In this document: positions 1 through 12,936 of the stretch, piece by piece
Numbering within the stretch: position 1 is the stretch's first letter
How the letters are laid out: every line of letters begins with the position of its first letter
NCBI GenBank assembly: GCA_009914755.4
Contig: CP068257.2
Location: forward strand, 15,360,001-15,424,000
DNA: 64,000 bases
Reading direction: 5' to 3'
Source: the human T2T-CHM13v2.0 reference genome, Homo sapiens
Translations under genes and position numbers: made by a program
The notes under the pieces: model-generated
What the model was told of the DNA's origin: nothing
Database searches by the model: none
The model's input: only the letters and a program-made list of their open reading frames with translations

Positions 1-509
1 ATTAAATGTGAATCATATAACTGCTCCTAGAAGAAAATAGCCTAATAAAGAATGGTATTTTAAAAATTACGTGGTTTTGCCTGTTTACTAAAACATGTAT
101 CTTGTCTTTGGAAGCTCTGAAATTCACATCTCAGGGAAAAAAGGAACCCCGGAAAGTGTATTCCTAGAAAGGCATCCATAGTGAACAATGAGCTCATTTT
201 CATTTAAGGATAAAAAATGTAGATATTTTTATTTAAAAATGTGAGAATTTTTCAGAAAATATAGCTAAAATAAAAATATACTTGAAGAATATGGATAAAG
301 TCCATGTCATAAAAATTGGATTTAGATGATCCTAATATTTGAAGAAAGTATAAAGTTAAGCAAAGAACTAATTACTCCAAGAAGTTGAAAATACTCTGTG
401 CTCTGGATGGGTGTATATTACTGCGTTAAATATACATTACAAGCAATAGGAAGAATTTCAGAAATACTAATCTTAGTATTTAGTTGTGGTCCTGACCCTT
501 TTACATCTT

Positions 510-1030
510 ACAAGTATAAATTATCTTATTGTACTTTGCAGATACTGCATTTTTTTACAAATTGAAAGTGTGTGGCAACCCTGTGTCAAGCAAGTCTATC
601 GGTGTCATTTTTCCAACAGCATGTGCTCATTTTGCATCTCTGTGTCACATTTTCTTAATTCTCATAATATTTGAAAGCTTTTTGTATTTTTTCTCCCTGT
701 TATGGTGATCTGTAATCAGTGATCTTTGATGTTACTATTGTAATTGTTTTGAGGGAGCCACATCCACACCTCTACAAGATGATAAACTTAAACAATAATG
801 TCGTGTGTGTTCTAACTGACTTCCTCTCTGATCAGTCATTCCTCCATCTCTCTCCCTCTCCATGGGCCTCCCTATTTCCTGAGACACAACAATATTGAAA
901 TTAAACCAATTAATAACCCCTCAATGGCTTCTAGTTGTTCAAGTGAAAGAAAAGTCACGTCTCCCACTTTACATCGAAAGCTAGAAATGATTAGTCTTAG
1001 TGAGAAAGACATGTTGAAAGCCAAGACAGG
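510..1030 (+). mobile_element. Tigger1-like (TcMar-Tigger) DNA transposon 5' fragment, truncated at its right side by the L1 insertion at ~1030
   Basis: The sequence 'gcagatactgcatttttttacaaattgaaagtgtgtggcaaccctgtgtcaagcaagtctatcggtgtcatttttccaacagcatgtgctcat...gttatggtgatctgtaatcagtgatctttgatgttactattgtaattgttttg...cctccctatttcctgagacacaacaatattgaaattaaaccaattaataacccc...gctagaaatgattagtcttagtgagaaagacatg' matches my recollection of the Tigger1 5' terminal region. ORF 486..674 lies inside it. Confidence 0.55.
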
Positions 1031-2965
1031 TAGAAGGCTAGGCCTTCTTAAATTGAAAAGCAACTTCAGCAAAGTCTCAGGATACAAAATTAATATGTGA
1101 AAATCACTACCCTTCCTATACACCAACAACAGGCAAGCAGAGAGCCAAATCATGAATGAACTCCCATTCATAATTGCCGCAAAAATAATAAAATATCTAG
1201 GAATAAAGCTAACTAGGGAGATGAAAAATCTCTACAGGGAGAACCTCAAACCACTGTTCAAAGAAATCAGAGATGACTCAAACAAATGGAAAAACATTTC
1301 ATGTTCATGGATAGGGAGAATCAACATCATGAAAATGGCCATACTGCCCAAAGCAATTTATATATTCAATGCTATTCCTGTTAAACTACCAATGACATTC
1401 ATTACAGAACTAGAGAAAACTCTTTTAAAATTCATATGGAACCAAAAAAGAGCCTGAAAAGCCAAGGTAATCCTAAGCAAAAAGAACAAAGCTGGAGGCA
1501 TCACACTACCTGACTTCAAACTACACTAAAGGGATACAGTAACCAAAACACCATGCTACTGGTACAAAAACAGACACATAAACCAATAGAAAAGAAGAGA
1601 GAACCAGGAAATAAGGCTGCATGCCTACAACTATCTGATCTTTGATAAACCTGACAAAGACAAGCACTGGGGAAAGAATTCCTATTAAATAAATGGTGCT
1701 GGGATCACTGGCTAGCCATATGCAGAGGAGGGAAATTGGACCCCTTCCTTACACCATATACAAAAATTACCTCAAGATGGATTAAAGACTTACATGTAAA
1801 ACTCAAAACTATAAAATATCCTGGAAGACAATCTACCCAATACCATTCAGGACATAGGCACAGGCAAAGATTTAATGACAAAGACACCAAAAGCAATTGC
1901 AACAAAAGCAAAAATTGACAAATGGGATCTAATTAAAGTACGGAGCATTTGCACAGCAAAACTATCAACAGAGTAAACAGACAACCTACAGAATATGAGA
2001 AAATTTTTGCAAACTATGCATCTGACAATGGTCTAATACTCAGCATCTATAAGGAATTTAAACAGATTTCCAAGAAATAAACAAACAAAACCATTAAAAA
2101 GTGGGTGAAAATATATGAACAGACACTTCTCAAAAGAAGACATACCTGCAGACAACAGTCAGATGAAAAAAATCTCAACATCACTGATCATTAGAGAAAT
2201 GCAAATTAAAACCACAATGAGATACCAGCTCACACCTGTCAGAATGGCTATTACTATTATAAAAAGTCAAAAAATAATAGATGCTGGTAAGGTTGTGGAG
2301 AAAAAGGAACACTTATACTCTGCTGGTGGAAGTGTAAATTAGTTCAACCATTGTAGAAGACAGTGTGGTGATTCCTCAAAGACCTAAAGCTGGAAATACC
2401 ATTCAACCCAACAATCCCATTACTGGATATATATCCAAAGGAATAGAAATCTTTTTATTATAAAGACACATGCATGTGTATGTTCATTGCAGCACTATTC
2501 ACTATAGCAAAGACATGGAATCAACCTAAATACCCACCAATGATAGGCTGGATAAAGAAAATGTGGTACTTATATACCATGAAATACTATGCAGCCATAA
2601 AAAATAATAAGATCGTGTCTTTTACAGGGATGTGGATGGAGCTGGAGGCCACTATCTTTAGCAAACTAACACAGGAATAGAAAACCAAATACAGCATGTT
2701 TTCACTTATAAGTGTGGGCTAAATTATGAGAATACATGGACACATAGAGGGAAACAATACACATTGGGGCCTATCAAAGAGCAGAGGTTAGGAGGAGGTA
2801 GAGGATCGGGAAAAATAAGTAATGGATACTAGACTTAATACGTGGGTGATGAAATAATCTGTGCGATAAACTCCCGTGACACACATTTGCCTATATAACA
2901 AAACTGCACTTCCTGCACATGTACCCATGAAATTAAAATAAAATTTAAAATAAATAAATAAAATG
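1020..2965 (+). mobile_element. 5'-truncated LINE-1 (older primate L1, L1PB/L1MA-like): ORF2 C-terminal region plus 3'UTR, ending in an A-rich tail
   Basis: ORFs 1152..1457, 2115..2342 and 2474..2680 translate to L1 ORF2 C-terminal peptides (…[69 protein letters not shown]…; …NRHFSKEDI…[22 protein letters not shown]…; …FIAALFTIAKTWNQPKYP…). The characteristic L1 3' end 'cctgcacatgtacccatgaaattaaaataaaatttaaaataaataaataaaatg' is present. Confidence 0.85.
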
Positions 2966-4635
2966 AAAAGAAACAAAAATAAGGAAAAATTATGGAAAAG
3001 AAATCCCTAGTTTGACCTGGAATAGCTTAGTATTTTTCTTTATAGAAATCTGATGGTTATCTATAGGACGAAATTCTAATGGTAGATGGAAACACTGAAG
3101 AACAGTAAGTGGTGCAACACATAGAAATTTGACACGGGAAAGAACAGAAGTTCCATAACGATTGTAGATTCACCACAATCTGTTATTTCCCTCTCTTCAC
3201 CATTAGTCCTTAGGTCACCTTTTTGGACTTGGAAGAGTCCCAGATACCTCACAGATATACTTTCATTTATAATCTTGATTTTTATTCAAATTATAAAATA
3301 TCAAGACTCTTACAGTAGCCCTAGCCTATATTTTCAAGTTTCTAAGAACAAATAAAATGAGAGCCAGATTTCTGTTTCTAATATAAAATGCCAACTTCTC
3401 TCCGAGGGACCAGAGTCTATTGGTCCTTAACATTTTCTCTTACTTTCACAAATTTTCTCTTACTTTAAATATTTTACTTTCACTTTACTTTTTTCTCCTA
3501 CTTCCACTTACTTTCCACACTTCAATGAATCAAACTAAAGGTAATAAAATGAATATCTAGTAAGGCTAAAGCTATATGGGATCCTTAATTTAAAGAATAA
3601 TTTTCTTAATTATTTTACCAAGAGTTACATGACAAACTTAAAAATGGCATTATTTTGACAGTAGCAACAACTCAAAAGACAAAAGAAAATATTATAATGC
3701 CAATACCCTCTGCTACTATGGCAGTGCAGAAATTTAGAATTTAAAAATGCCAAACTACTTTAACAATATGAAAGTCATTTTATTCATAATTTCACTGATT
3801 CACTCAATTTTAACTATATTATTTGGCTGATTTAATAAAATAACAAATGAAAATTTTAAAAACAGTGCCATTTGAGAGTTACCTGTCATGAGTGATGAAA
3901 TTACTCCAAATTCTAACAATACATATAGCAAATGGCATATTTGCATGGGTATTGGCCTGAGTATTTTGGCTTGCATTTCAACATTTGTAATAGCTGCAGC
4001 AAAAATTTTCCTGTCTAAAATTTTTTTAAAGGCAGAATATCTTCCTAAATGAGCAGAAGTTTGGGTATTTGGACACTCCCCGAAAGCAGAACACAGACAA
4101 GTGTTCAAATGCAAACTTTGTCATTTTTACGTCATTGATTTTTAATATACACGTCTATTCAGCTTTTTCTTAATTAGGGATTTGGGTATAACTATGCTCT
4201 TTAGGACTTTCTCTGTCTACCTGCTTGGCATAATATCCTGGGACCAATTGTGAAAAAAATCTGTGATGGAGCATTGATAAAGAAATCCCTGGATGTTCAG
4301 AAACAATTTGGTTGTTTCTGGCTTATAAAACTCAAGAACTACTTTAATGAGAAGTAGAGGGTAGAAAGTGTGGAGAGCTTGTATATGTACCAAAATTGTG
4401 GATAGACAAACCAAAAAATTGACATTTTAGGCAAAGTGACATTTTGGATGAATATATAAACAAGAGAGTTAAAGTCATATTTAAATGAGAAGCTGAAGCA
4501 GAAAAAAAAAATCAAAACAAAAAAATGAATTAAAAGCACAAATAAAGGGAAGATGCTAGGACTGAAAATCCCAAGAGTAAGGTAGCTAAACCTAAGTCAG
4601 AACAGTCAGAAGTACACTAGAGGAAAGTAAGTGAG

Positions 4636-4995
4636 TGATATGGTTTGGCTGTGTCCCCACCCAAATCTCATCTTGAATTGTAGCTCCCACAATTCCCATG
4701 TGTTGTAGGAAGGACTCAGTGGGAGGTAATTGAATCATGGGGGCACATCTTTCCTGTGCTGTTCTCCTGATGATGAATAAAGTCTCATGAGATCTGATGG
4801 TTTTATAAAGGGGAGTTTCCCTGCACAAGTTCTATTCTCTTGTCTGCCACCATGTGAAATGTGCCTTTCACCTTCTGCCATGATTGTGAGTCCTCTTCAG
4901 CCATGTGGAACTGAGAGTCTATTAAACCTCTTTCTTTTGTAAATTGCCCAGTCTCAGGTATGTCTTTATTCACAGCATAAAAATGGACTAATAGA
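4636..4995 (+). mobile_element. THE1/MST-family ERVL-MaLR solo LTR
   Basis: Begins 'tgatatggtttggctgtgtccccacccaaatctcatcttgaattgtagctcccacaattcccatgtgttgt…ggtaattgaatcatgggggca' and ends '…ccatgtggaactgagagtctattaaacctctttcttttgtaaattgcccagtctcaggtatgtctttattcacagcataaaaatggactaatag'. This is near-identical in structure to the THE1 LTR consensus as I recall it. Confidence 0.85.
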
Positions 4996-5734
4996 GAGAT
5001 TAAAAAGAGGTAAGAGAATCAAATTATGATATCAATTAGTTCACAGAATTAGTGACAAATTTTATTTACATGGAATTTGTAACATCCTCTCCTCTCCTTT
5101 CTTTCTTGAAATAACTCTTTGAAAAAGAGGAAATAGAAAATTAGCATTTCTTGATGGCATACTATGAGCCAGGCCAGGTGCCTCGTGGTCAACATACTGT
5201 CTTCTTCAGTGCTTATACTAAAGAATGGTCAGGGTGTTTTACAGCAGTCTGTTAAGGTTGGAGGTACACTGCATTGAGATTCTCAAGAAAGCCAATTCCT
5301 CATTAGATGAAAGAAGTGAGCAATCATTCACCTGGATGCTTATGGTATGATGAGTAAGAACGTCCATTTCATTCCTGGAGTAAAATTAAAGAGAGGAGAG
5401 GTGTAATCTGATGAATGCTATCTTTAGAAATAAAAGTTAGTAGCAGAAATCTAATACGGATTTCTAGATAGTGAGAAAACAAAAGAGCTGGCATCTCTCG
5501 ATGTGGGACAACTATAAAAAATAACATTTCTTAAAATTTCTGTGTTTCCACAGCCCATTTTATTTGTGATTTCCAATCTACTGTCATAAAGTTATTGTCC
5601 TTAAAGCAAAAAATGGTCTTAAACTTTGAGTCATAATATAGATTGGCCACTGGAGAAACTGCATCTAATCCAATGCAGGTTGAGAAATGACATCCCCAAA
5701 GGATACTTGAGGTTTTGTTTGCTACAACCAAAAG

Positions 5735-5792
5735 GGAAGAAGGAAGGAAGGAAGGAAGGAAGGAAGGAAGGAAGGAAGGAAGGAAGGAGGGA

Positions 5793-5863
<71 letters not shown>

Positions 5864-5928
5864 GAGGGAAGGGGAGGGGAGGGGAGGGGAGGGAAGGGAA
5901 GGGAAGAAGGGAGGAAGGGAGGGAGGGA
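5735..5928. repeat. Compound microsatellite (GGAA)n–(GAAA)n–(GGGGA)n/(GGGAA)n, ~190 bp
   Basis: Read directly: 'aggaaggaaggaagg…' ×~11, then 'gaaagaaagaaa…' ×~17, then 'ggggaggggaggggagggga gggaagggaagggaag…'. The overlapping ORFs at 5531..6016 on both strands are artefacts of this repeat. Confidence 0.95.
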
Positions 5929-8037
5929 AATGAAGAACAGCTTCAAGAGCAAAAGCAAAAAGAAAACTTTGCCCTAGGTCTGAACAGAGCAAGCTGTGAA
6001 CATCTTGGTAACTCATGAAGTAAGCAGATGTGACATTATACTTCTGTCAAGAAAATTTTGGCTAACAAGAAGTGCTTTTAGCTGCCCAAGGTCACACACC
6101 TAGCAAATGGTGGAGTTAGAATTCAAACATAATTGTGATTCACTCTGGTCTGTAATCACAGTATTCCCTCACAATGGCCAACACATGAGAATTTTAAACC
6201 AATAATGAGAAATGGAACCATAAGAAATAGAGAACAATAGAAATATGTAGCAAAACCAAAGTTACTTAACATACATTAGCACAATCAATTTAATTAGAAA
6301 AGGAAAATATTATAGCATAAATATTATTCTAATGAAGAAATTTGCATAGGAATGAAATTTTGATGAAGCTCCTTAATTTAACATGAGAGAAAATGATATG
6401 AATGAAATAAATAGGCAAATACTCTTGTGTAGCAGGTTGGGAAGAGCTAAGTTCTGTTGCCTGTGAGATAGATCTGTATTATAGGCCATTTTTGTTATAT
6501 CCAAGCTTTACTGGACATATTCACTGTAGTTTGGGGAATATGAAAGAACACTGGACTCAGGTTCTGACCTCTAACTTGTTATAAGATCTATAACAAATTA
6601 TTTCAAGAAATGTGTTGACCTGAGGTATCTCACTTATAAAAATGAGGGCGGTAGCTAGATAAGTTAGTATCACATATTGTTTTGTTACCGAATTCCTTTT
6701 TTCAAGTGAATTCTTAGGTTGATTTCAAATAAGTAATGCTAATGAAATTTCAGCAGAATAAATATGAAAAACTAAAAACTTCCTTCTCCTCTGAGCTCTT
6801 AGATTTATATTTTAGAGCATGTACAGCCTTAAAACATGGGAAAATGATACTGAACTGAAATATATTTTAGCATTTTTCATACTGTATTCCTAATGTCATA
6901 ACTCTTGAAAGTGATGTTTAAAAAAGAATTCTCTGGTTAATAATATCATTAAATAATGAATACCGCATCTCCCTTTTTGAGCGTTACAATACATACATCA
7001 AGTTAAGAAATCAATCAAGTTCTGTAGAAAAGAAATCTGTTAAATTTGTTTATTTTCATGTATCGTAAATGACCTTGAGTCACTTTTTTTCACATAAAGT
7101 GAATGTACCAAGAAGAATCATGGTTTTTAATATGAATTACAAGCTTATGAACTCCAAGGACCCTAGTTTAAACATCTCAGCCTTCTTTCAGGTTCTCAAA
7201 TGGTACTTACTGTAGTAATAGCAACTCAATGAATATTACTTCCATAAAGTTGAATTCCATAAGCACAGATTTAACTGAGAATAAACCATGGAATATCTAA
7301 AGTACCTTTTCAAAAAAGATAAAGTGATTATACAAAGCATATATAAAGCTTGTCAAGGAAAATAAATCTGAGATAATGTAAATATACATCCAAAATAGGA
7401 AAAAAAACCTAGAAAATTTTTAATCTTCCTTTTACTCATTGACTTCAAACTACCTAAAATTTCCTTTTATTGATCCATTTTCTCTCCACTTGTCAGCTTG
7501 TCCATTAGTCAATGACAGAAGAGAAAAAAAAAAGATGAGAAAGAGGAAATGTTAGAATCTTAGAAGCTGTTCCATCTCTATCCAGCTCGTCTGCCAGTCC
7601 TGGTCATTCACATAGGCAGTCCTCACTAGCCCTTACCCGGGCTTCCATAAAAAGAGCTTCTCTTCATTGAGAGCTAGTGCCTTTGGTACAGCTCCTCTAA
7701 TAAGATAAAGAGTGTGGTCTGAGACTGATTTTCCACTGAAATGTGGATTGATGTTCTTTAAGTCCCTTTCGCACTAAGTCCCTTTTGCACTAAGATTATC
7801 TTCATCGTCTATATGCACCTCTAAGTAGAAACAAAAGAGTAATGTCAAATAGGAAAGAATAATATTCACTCATCTCTACAAATGGCCAATAAAAGCCAAA
7901 ATACATAGATAGATATGATTGTGTTTGTTTTAGGAATGGAGAATAAAGGAAAATAGTTAACACTGTATTTTTGTATAATGAACAAACACTTTACTTCTAA
8001 GCCATAGATAATGGTTGTGAATAAAAGAAGTGAGTAA

Positions 8038-8108
8038 TGGAAGGAAGGAAGGAAGGGAGACAGGGAAGGAAAGATAAAGAAAGGAAGAAAGAAAGAAAAG
8101 CAAAGAAA
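8038..8108. repeat. Imperfect GA-rich simple repeat (GGAA/GAAA-like)
   Basis: 'aaggaaggaaggaagggagacagggaaggaaagataaagaaaggaagaaagaaagaaaagcaaagaaaat'. Confidence 0.8.
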
Positions 8109-10339
8109 ATAAATTAAGGACAGTAGGAACACCAAAAAGTAAGATTTTTATCACTATCTCCTCAGTGCTCAAATCCCTAAATTGGCCATAGGACCTACAA
8201 TAATTCATTTAGGAAGATTTTCCATTCCTCTTTCCAAAGGATAGGAGGGTTGAGGAGGATACTTCTGTTATTCCATCACAGTAAAAGAAGATGAATTACT
8301 GCCACCCAAAATTGAAAATGCATGATTGATTTTTCATAGAAACTTCTTAGTATGCAGTGTTAGGTTTGTAGCATTATTGACACAGCATGCTACTTTGTAT
8401 GCAATGTAATTAGTGAGCTGACCTTGGGATGGAAACTCAAGCTGCAACACGATGCTTGTCCTTTTGGAATACAGGCTGATCATGAAATGGAGATTATCTG
8501 CACTTATTTTCAGGAAAGAAAGGGACTGTAGTGAGGTTTCTCTAATCCAGAATAGTTTAAACATAGAAAATGTTTCAGAGGAAGGCAATCAAAATGATGA
8601 ATGAGCGAGAGTATTTTATTTATGTGAAAATATAAATGAGGCATAAATTATACAAAAGAAACTTGCTGAGATAAAAAACAACTTTGGAAAATTGTGTGAT
8701 GGTCCACAGAATGTAGAAAGCACAAACATCAAGGCTAGAGAAATAATTTACTAGGTTTCAAGGGTTACTAGTACAAATAATGAGAATAATTAAAAAGTAA
8801 AACAAGAGCTGCCTCCTCTATTTAAAAAGTAGCTGAAAAACTACACTAACTTGAATGTGGTCTAGGATCCAAAGCAGAAGTCTTAGGAGTAGAGTCTAAC
8901 ATTATATAATACTCATGTTAAAGGAGGCAAAACTGCCTACCTAGGGACCAATAACAATTCATCTACATTTCCTAGATACGTTTTTTTGACTCATCAGCAT
9001 CATATTCTTTTATGAATAATAAGTTCAACTAATTTGTTATCAATTCTTTCCACTATTGGAAAAGTCTGTTGGATATATTAATGTTGGAATGACAAGCAGC
9101 TTGTGCTCTTCTCTGGGCATCTAAAAATATCGCCAGATGCATTGTGAGCAATTTAAAAGCCATAATTAGCTTACTTCCAATGATAAATGAATAACAGCTC
9201 CACGTACCCTTAAGAGTCTCCAATGTTGTTCATTAGAAATATGTGAAGAGCCACATACGTAATTTTAAATTTCTTGGTAGCTACATTTTAAAAAGTAAAA
9301 CAAACAGGTAAGATTTATTTTAATAATACATTTAATTTAACCCAATATATGGAAAATATTATAGTTACAATTTGTGGCACTAGCCATATTTTAAGTCCCC
9401 AATAGGTACATGTAGCCAATTACTTTATTGTACAGCAAAGAAACTAAGAGAACAGTAGAGGCATAATTCTGGGGAGAAAAAAAAGCATAGGTCAGTGAAA
9501 AGGCATTTTTTTTTTAACTTAAGGTAGTGCACGTAATGATTGGATTGTGCTCTCTGTAAGTGACTTCACTGAGAAGGGAAAGGACTCGGCACTGTGTATG
9601 AGCTGAGGTGAGAACATCATCAAAATAAGAATGAACCTCTTTTTGTGATGAGGAAATAGAGCAATTTGGTAATAAAATGATTTTCTTTATATCCCCTCTC
9701 AGAATCAATAAAAATATATCAAAACATAATTTTAAAAATCTTCATAGTTGGCAACTGCAATGATATTAAAATGTTGTCACAAGAAAAACATGTTGTGATG
9801 AAAGTTATACATAAAATGATCAAGAAAAACACTTAAATTTAGCACTTAAAAACATTTTGAGGACAGTTAAAGATGCCCAGATTCAGAGTACCACTTACAG
9901 ATCATCATCCAGAAATATGCCAACAATATGTTCCTTTGTTCACCAAAAATATCCTTAGTATTTACTATATACACGGAGCTTTTCTAGCCCGGGGTACAAT
10001 AGAAACAAAAATAGGTAAAATCCATGCTCGATAAGAGCAAATATTCTAAGGTACCTACGTAAATTCATTTGTCTACCAAAGCTTTGTTAAATGGCTTCTA
10101 AAGAACTTTCTTCATTCTTTACCAACTAATATGATCTAGAGTTTGGTATTATAAGGAAACATATTCAATCTGATTGCCAAACTCAAGAAGTCTGGAATCT
10201 GTTTTATCTATCTCTGCATCTGCCTCAGTACATATCAGACTGCCTTATACATTATTTAATGATGGTATTGAGTTGAATCAAACTGAATTAAATCAAATTG
10301 AATTTAATTGAATAAAATAGAAGCCACTGCATTGTTAAA

Positions 10340-11950
10340 AGTACCAATTCATAAACTAGAAATACCACCATTAAAAATGAATACCAAAACCAGATAAAGA
10401 CTATTCTAGGGAAAGAAAAGTACAAACCAATATCTTTCATTAGCAGAGATGCAAAAATAATCAAGAGACTATTAGCAAATTAAATCCAATGATATATAAA
10501 ATGAATCACACACCATGACTAAGTAAGATTTATCACAGGTATATAAAATGGGCACTACGTGTCATAATCAATTAATGTAAACAATCATATAAACAGGCTA
10601 CAGAAGAAAATAAATATGATTACATCAGTTGATTCAGAGAAAAGATTGATGCATCCTGGCATCCAAAATCAATTCATGGTAAAAACTCTCAGCAAACTAG
10701 GAAGATAGGGGAACTTTCTCAACGTGATAAAGAACATCTATAAAGAACCTACAGCTAACATCATACTCAATGATGAGAAACCAGATGCATTTCCACTTGG
10801 AACAGCTTCTCTTTAACATTGTGCTAGAAGTCCTAGCTAACACAAAAAGAAAAAAAGTAAAAGTAAAATGTATACAGACAGTGAAACAAGAAATAAAATT
10901 GTCTCTGTTTAGAGATTACATAATTATCTATGTATTAAACTCCAAAGAATCAACAAAAATCCCCAGGAGCAAGCAAATGAATATAGTAAGAATGCAGGAT
11001 ACAAGGTTAATATACAAAGTCATTTGCTTTTCTACATACCAACAATGAACAATAGGAATTTTAAATGAAAAATATGATACCATTTACATTGGCACCAAAG
11101 CCAATAAATCACTCAGGCATAAATCTAATAAAATATATACAGGATCTATACAAGAAAAACTACAAACCTTTCATCAAAAACACCAAGGAATATCTGAAAA
11201 AATAGAGATATTCCATACTCATGTATACTTAATCACTAGATTAAGGCAATCCCAATCAAAATTTCAAGTTACCTTGCAGATATCAACAAACTAATTCCAA
11301 AGTTTATATGAAAAAGATGAAAGACCCAGAATACCCAACACTATGTTGAAGGAGAACAAATTAGCAAACAAACTCTATCTGACATCAAGACTAAGCATAA
11401 GCTACTGTAATCCAGACAGTATAATATTGGCAGTAGACACGTAGATTAGAATAAAGAACCCAAAAAACATAGCTAACTGATCTTTGACAAAGGAACAAAA
11501 TCAGTTACATGAAGAAAAAGATAGTCTTTTCAACAAATGGTCCTGGAACAACTGGACATCCATATGAAAACAAAATCTAGATATGAAACTTAACTGCTTT
11601 CACAAAAATTACCTTAAAATAGATTGCAAACTAAATGTAAAATGCAAAACTATAAAATTTTCGAAGATAATATAAGAGAAAATCATGACAATCTTTGATG
11701 ATGAGTTTCTATATACAATATCAAATGCATAAATTACAGAAAAAATTCAAAGTTGACTTTGTTAAAATTGAAAACTGCTCTGTGAAAGACATTATTAATA
11801 GAATAAAATTACAAGCCACATACTGTGAGAAAATTATCACAAAACACATATCTGATAGAGGGCTTGTATTCAAAATATAAAAAGAACTCTTAAAACTCAA
11901 CAATAAGAACTCAAACAATTCAATAAAAAGTGGTCAAATAACCTGAATAT
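10340..11950 (+). mobile_element. Ancient L1 (L1M-like), ORF2 region. This is the upstream part of an element interrupted by a younger L1 insertion.
   Basis: Frame-scrambled translation reads as degraded L1 ORF2 (…FADDMI… region through '…KELLKLNNKNSNNSIK…' ≈ L1 '…[21 protein letters not shown]…'). ORF 10770..11048 and similar lie inside. Homology resumes at 12937 after the nested insert. Confidence 0.7.
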
Positions 11951-12936
11951 ATTGACAAATGGGATGGGATTAAAGAGCTTCTGCACAGCAAAAGAAACTA
12001 TCATCAGAGCAAACAGGCAACCTAGAGAGTGAGAGAAAAGTTTTGCAATCTACCCATCTGACAAAGGTCTAATATCCAGAATTTACAAGGAACTTAAACA
12101 AATTTACAAGAAAAAAAAAACCCTATTGAAAAGTGAGCAAAGGATATGAACAGACACTTTTCAAAAGAAGGCATTTACGTGGCCAAAACACATATGAAAA
12201 AAAAGCTCAACGTCACTGTCATTAGAGAAATGCAAATCAAAATCCACAATGAGATACCATCTCATGCCAGTCAGAGTGGCAATTATTAAAAAGTCAAGAA
12301 ACAATAGATGCTGGAGAGGCTGTGGAGAAATAAGGACACTTTTACACTGTTGGTGGGAATGTAAATTAGTTCAACCATCGTGGAAGATAGCATGGTGATT
12401 CCTCAAGAATCTAGAACCAGAAATACCATTTGACCCGCAGTCCCATTACTGGGTATATACCCAAAGGAATATAAATCATTCTACTATAAAGACACATGCA
12501 CATGTATGTTTATTGCAGCACTATTTACAATAGTAAAGACATGGAACCGACCCAAATGCCCATCAATGATAGAGTGGATAAAGAAAATGTGGTACATATA
12601 TACCATGGAATACTATGCAGCCAAAAAAGGAATCAGATCATGTCCTTTGCAGGGACATGGATGAAGCTGGAAGCCATCATCCTAAGCAAACTAACACAGG
12701 AACAGAAAACCAAACATCGCATATTCTCACTCATAGGTGGAAATTAAACAATGAGAACACATGGTGGGAAAAAACACACACCAGGGCCTATTGGGGGGTT
12801 GGGAGCAAGGGGAGAAAACACAGATTATGGGTCAATAGGTGCAGCAAACCACCATGGCACATGTATATCTATACAACAAACCTGCACATTCTGCACATGC
12901 ATCCTGGAACTTAAAGTAAAATAAAATAAAATAAAA
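11951..12936 (+). mobile_element. 5'-truncated primate L1 (L1PA/L1PB-like) 3' end, nested inside the L1M element
   Basis: Starts 'attgacaaatgggatgggattaaagagcttctgcacagcaaaagaaactatcatcagagcaaacaggcaacc'. ORF 12496..12747 contains '…MEPTQMPINDRVDKENVVHIYHGILCSQKRNQIMSFAGTWMKLEAIILSKLTQEQKTKHRIFSLIGGN', a canonical L1 ORF2 C-terminus. Ends with 'cctgcacattctgcacatgcatcctggaacttaaagtaaaataaaataaaataaaaac'. It is flanked by a ~50-bp imperfect direct duplication (11900–11950 / 12937–12988). Confidence 0.85.

Noticed and set aside
5531-6018. Four overlapping ORFs of 72–161 aa on both strands encoding KERKKERKK… / FLSFFLSFFL… low-complexity proteins.
   Set aside because: They are translations of the (GGAA)n/(GAAA)n microsatellite. 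Repeat-induced open frames have no coding value.
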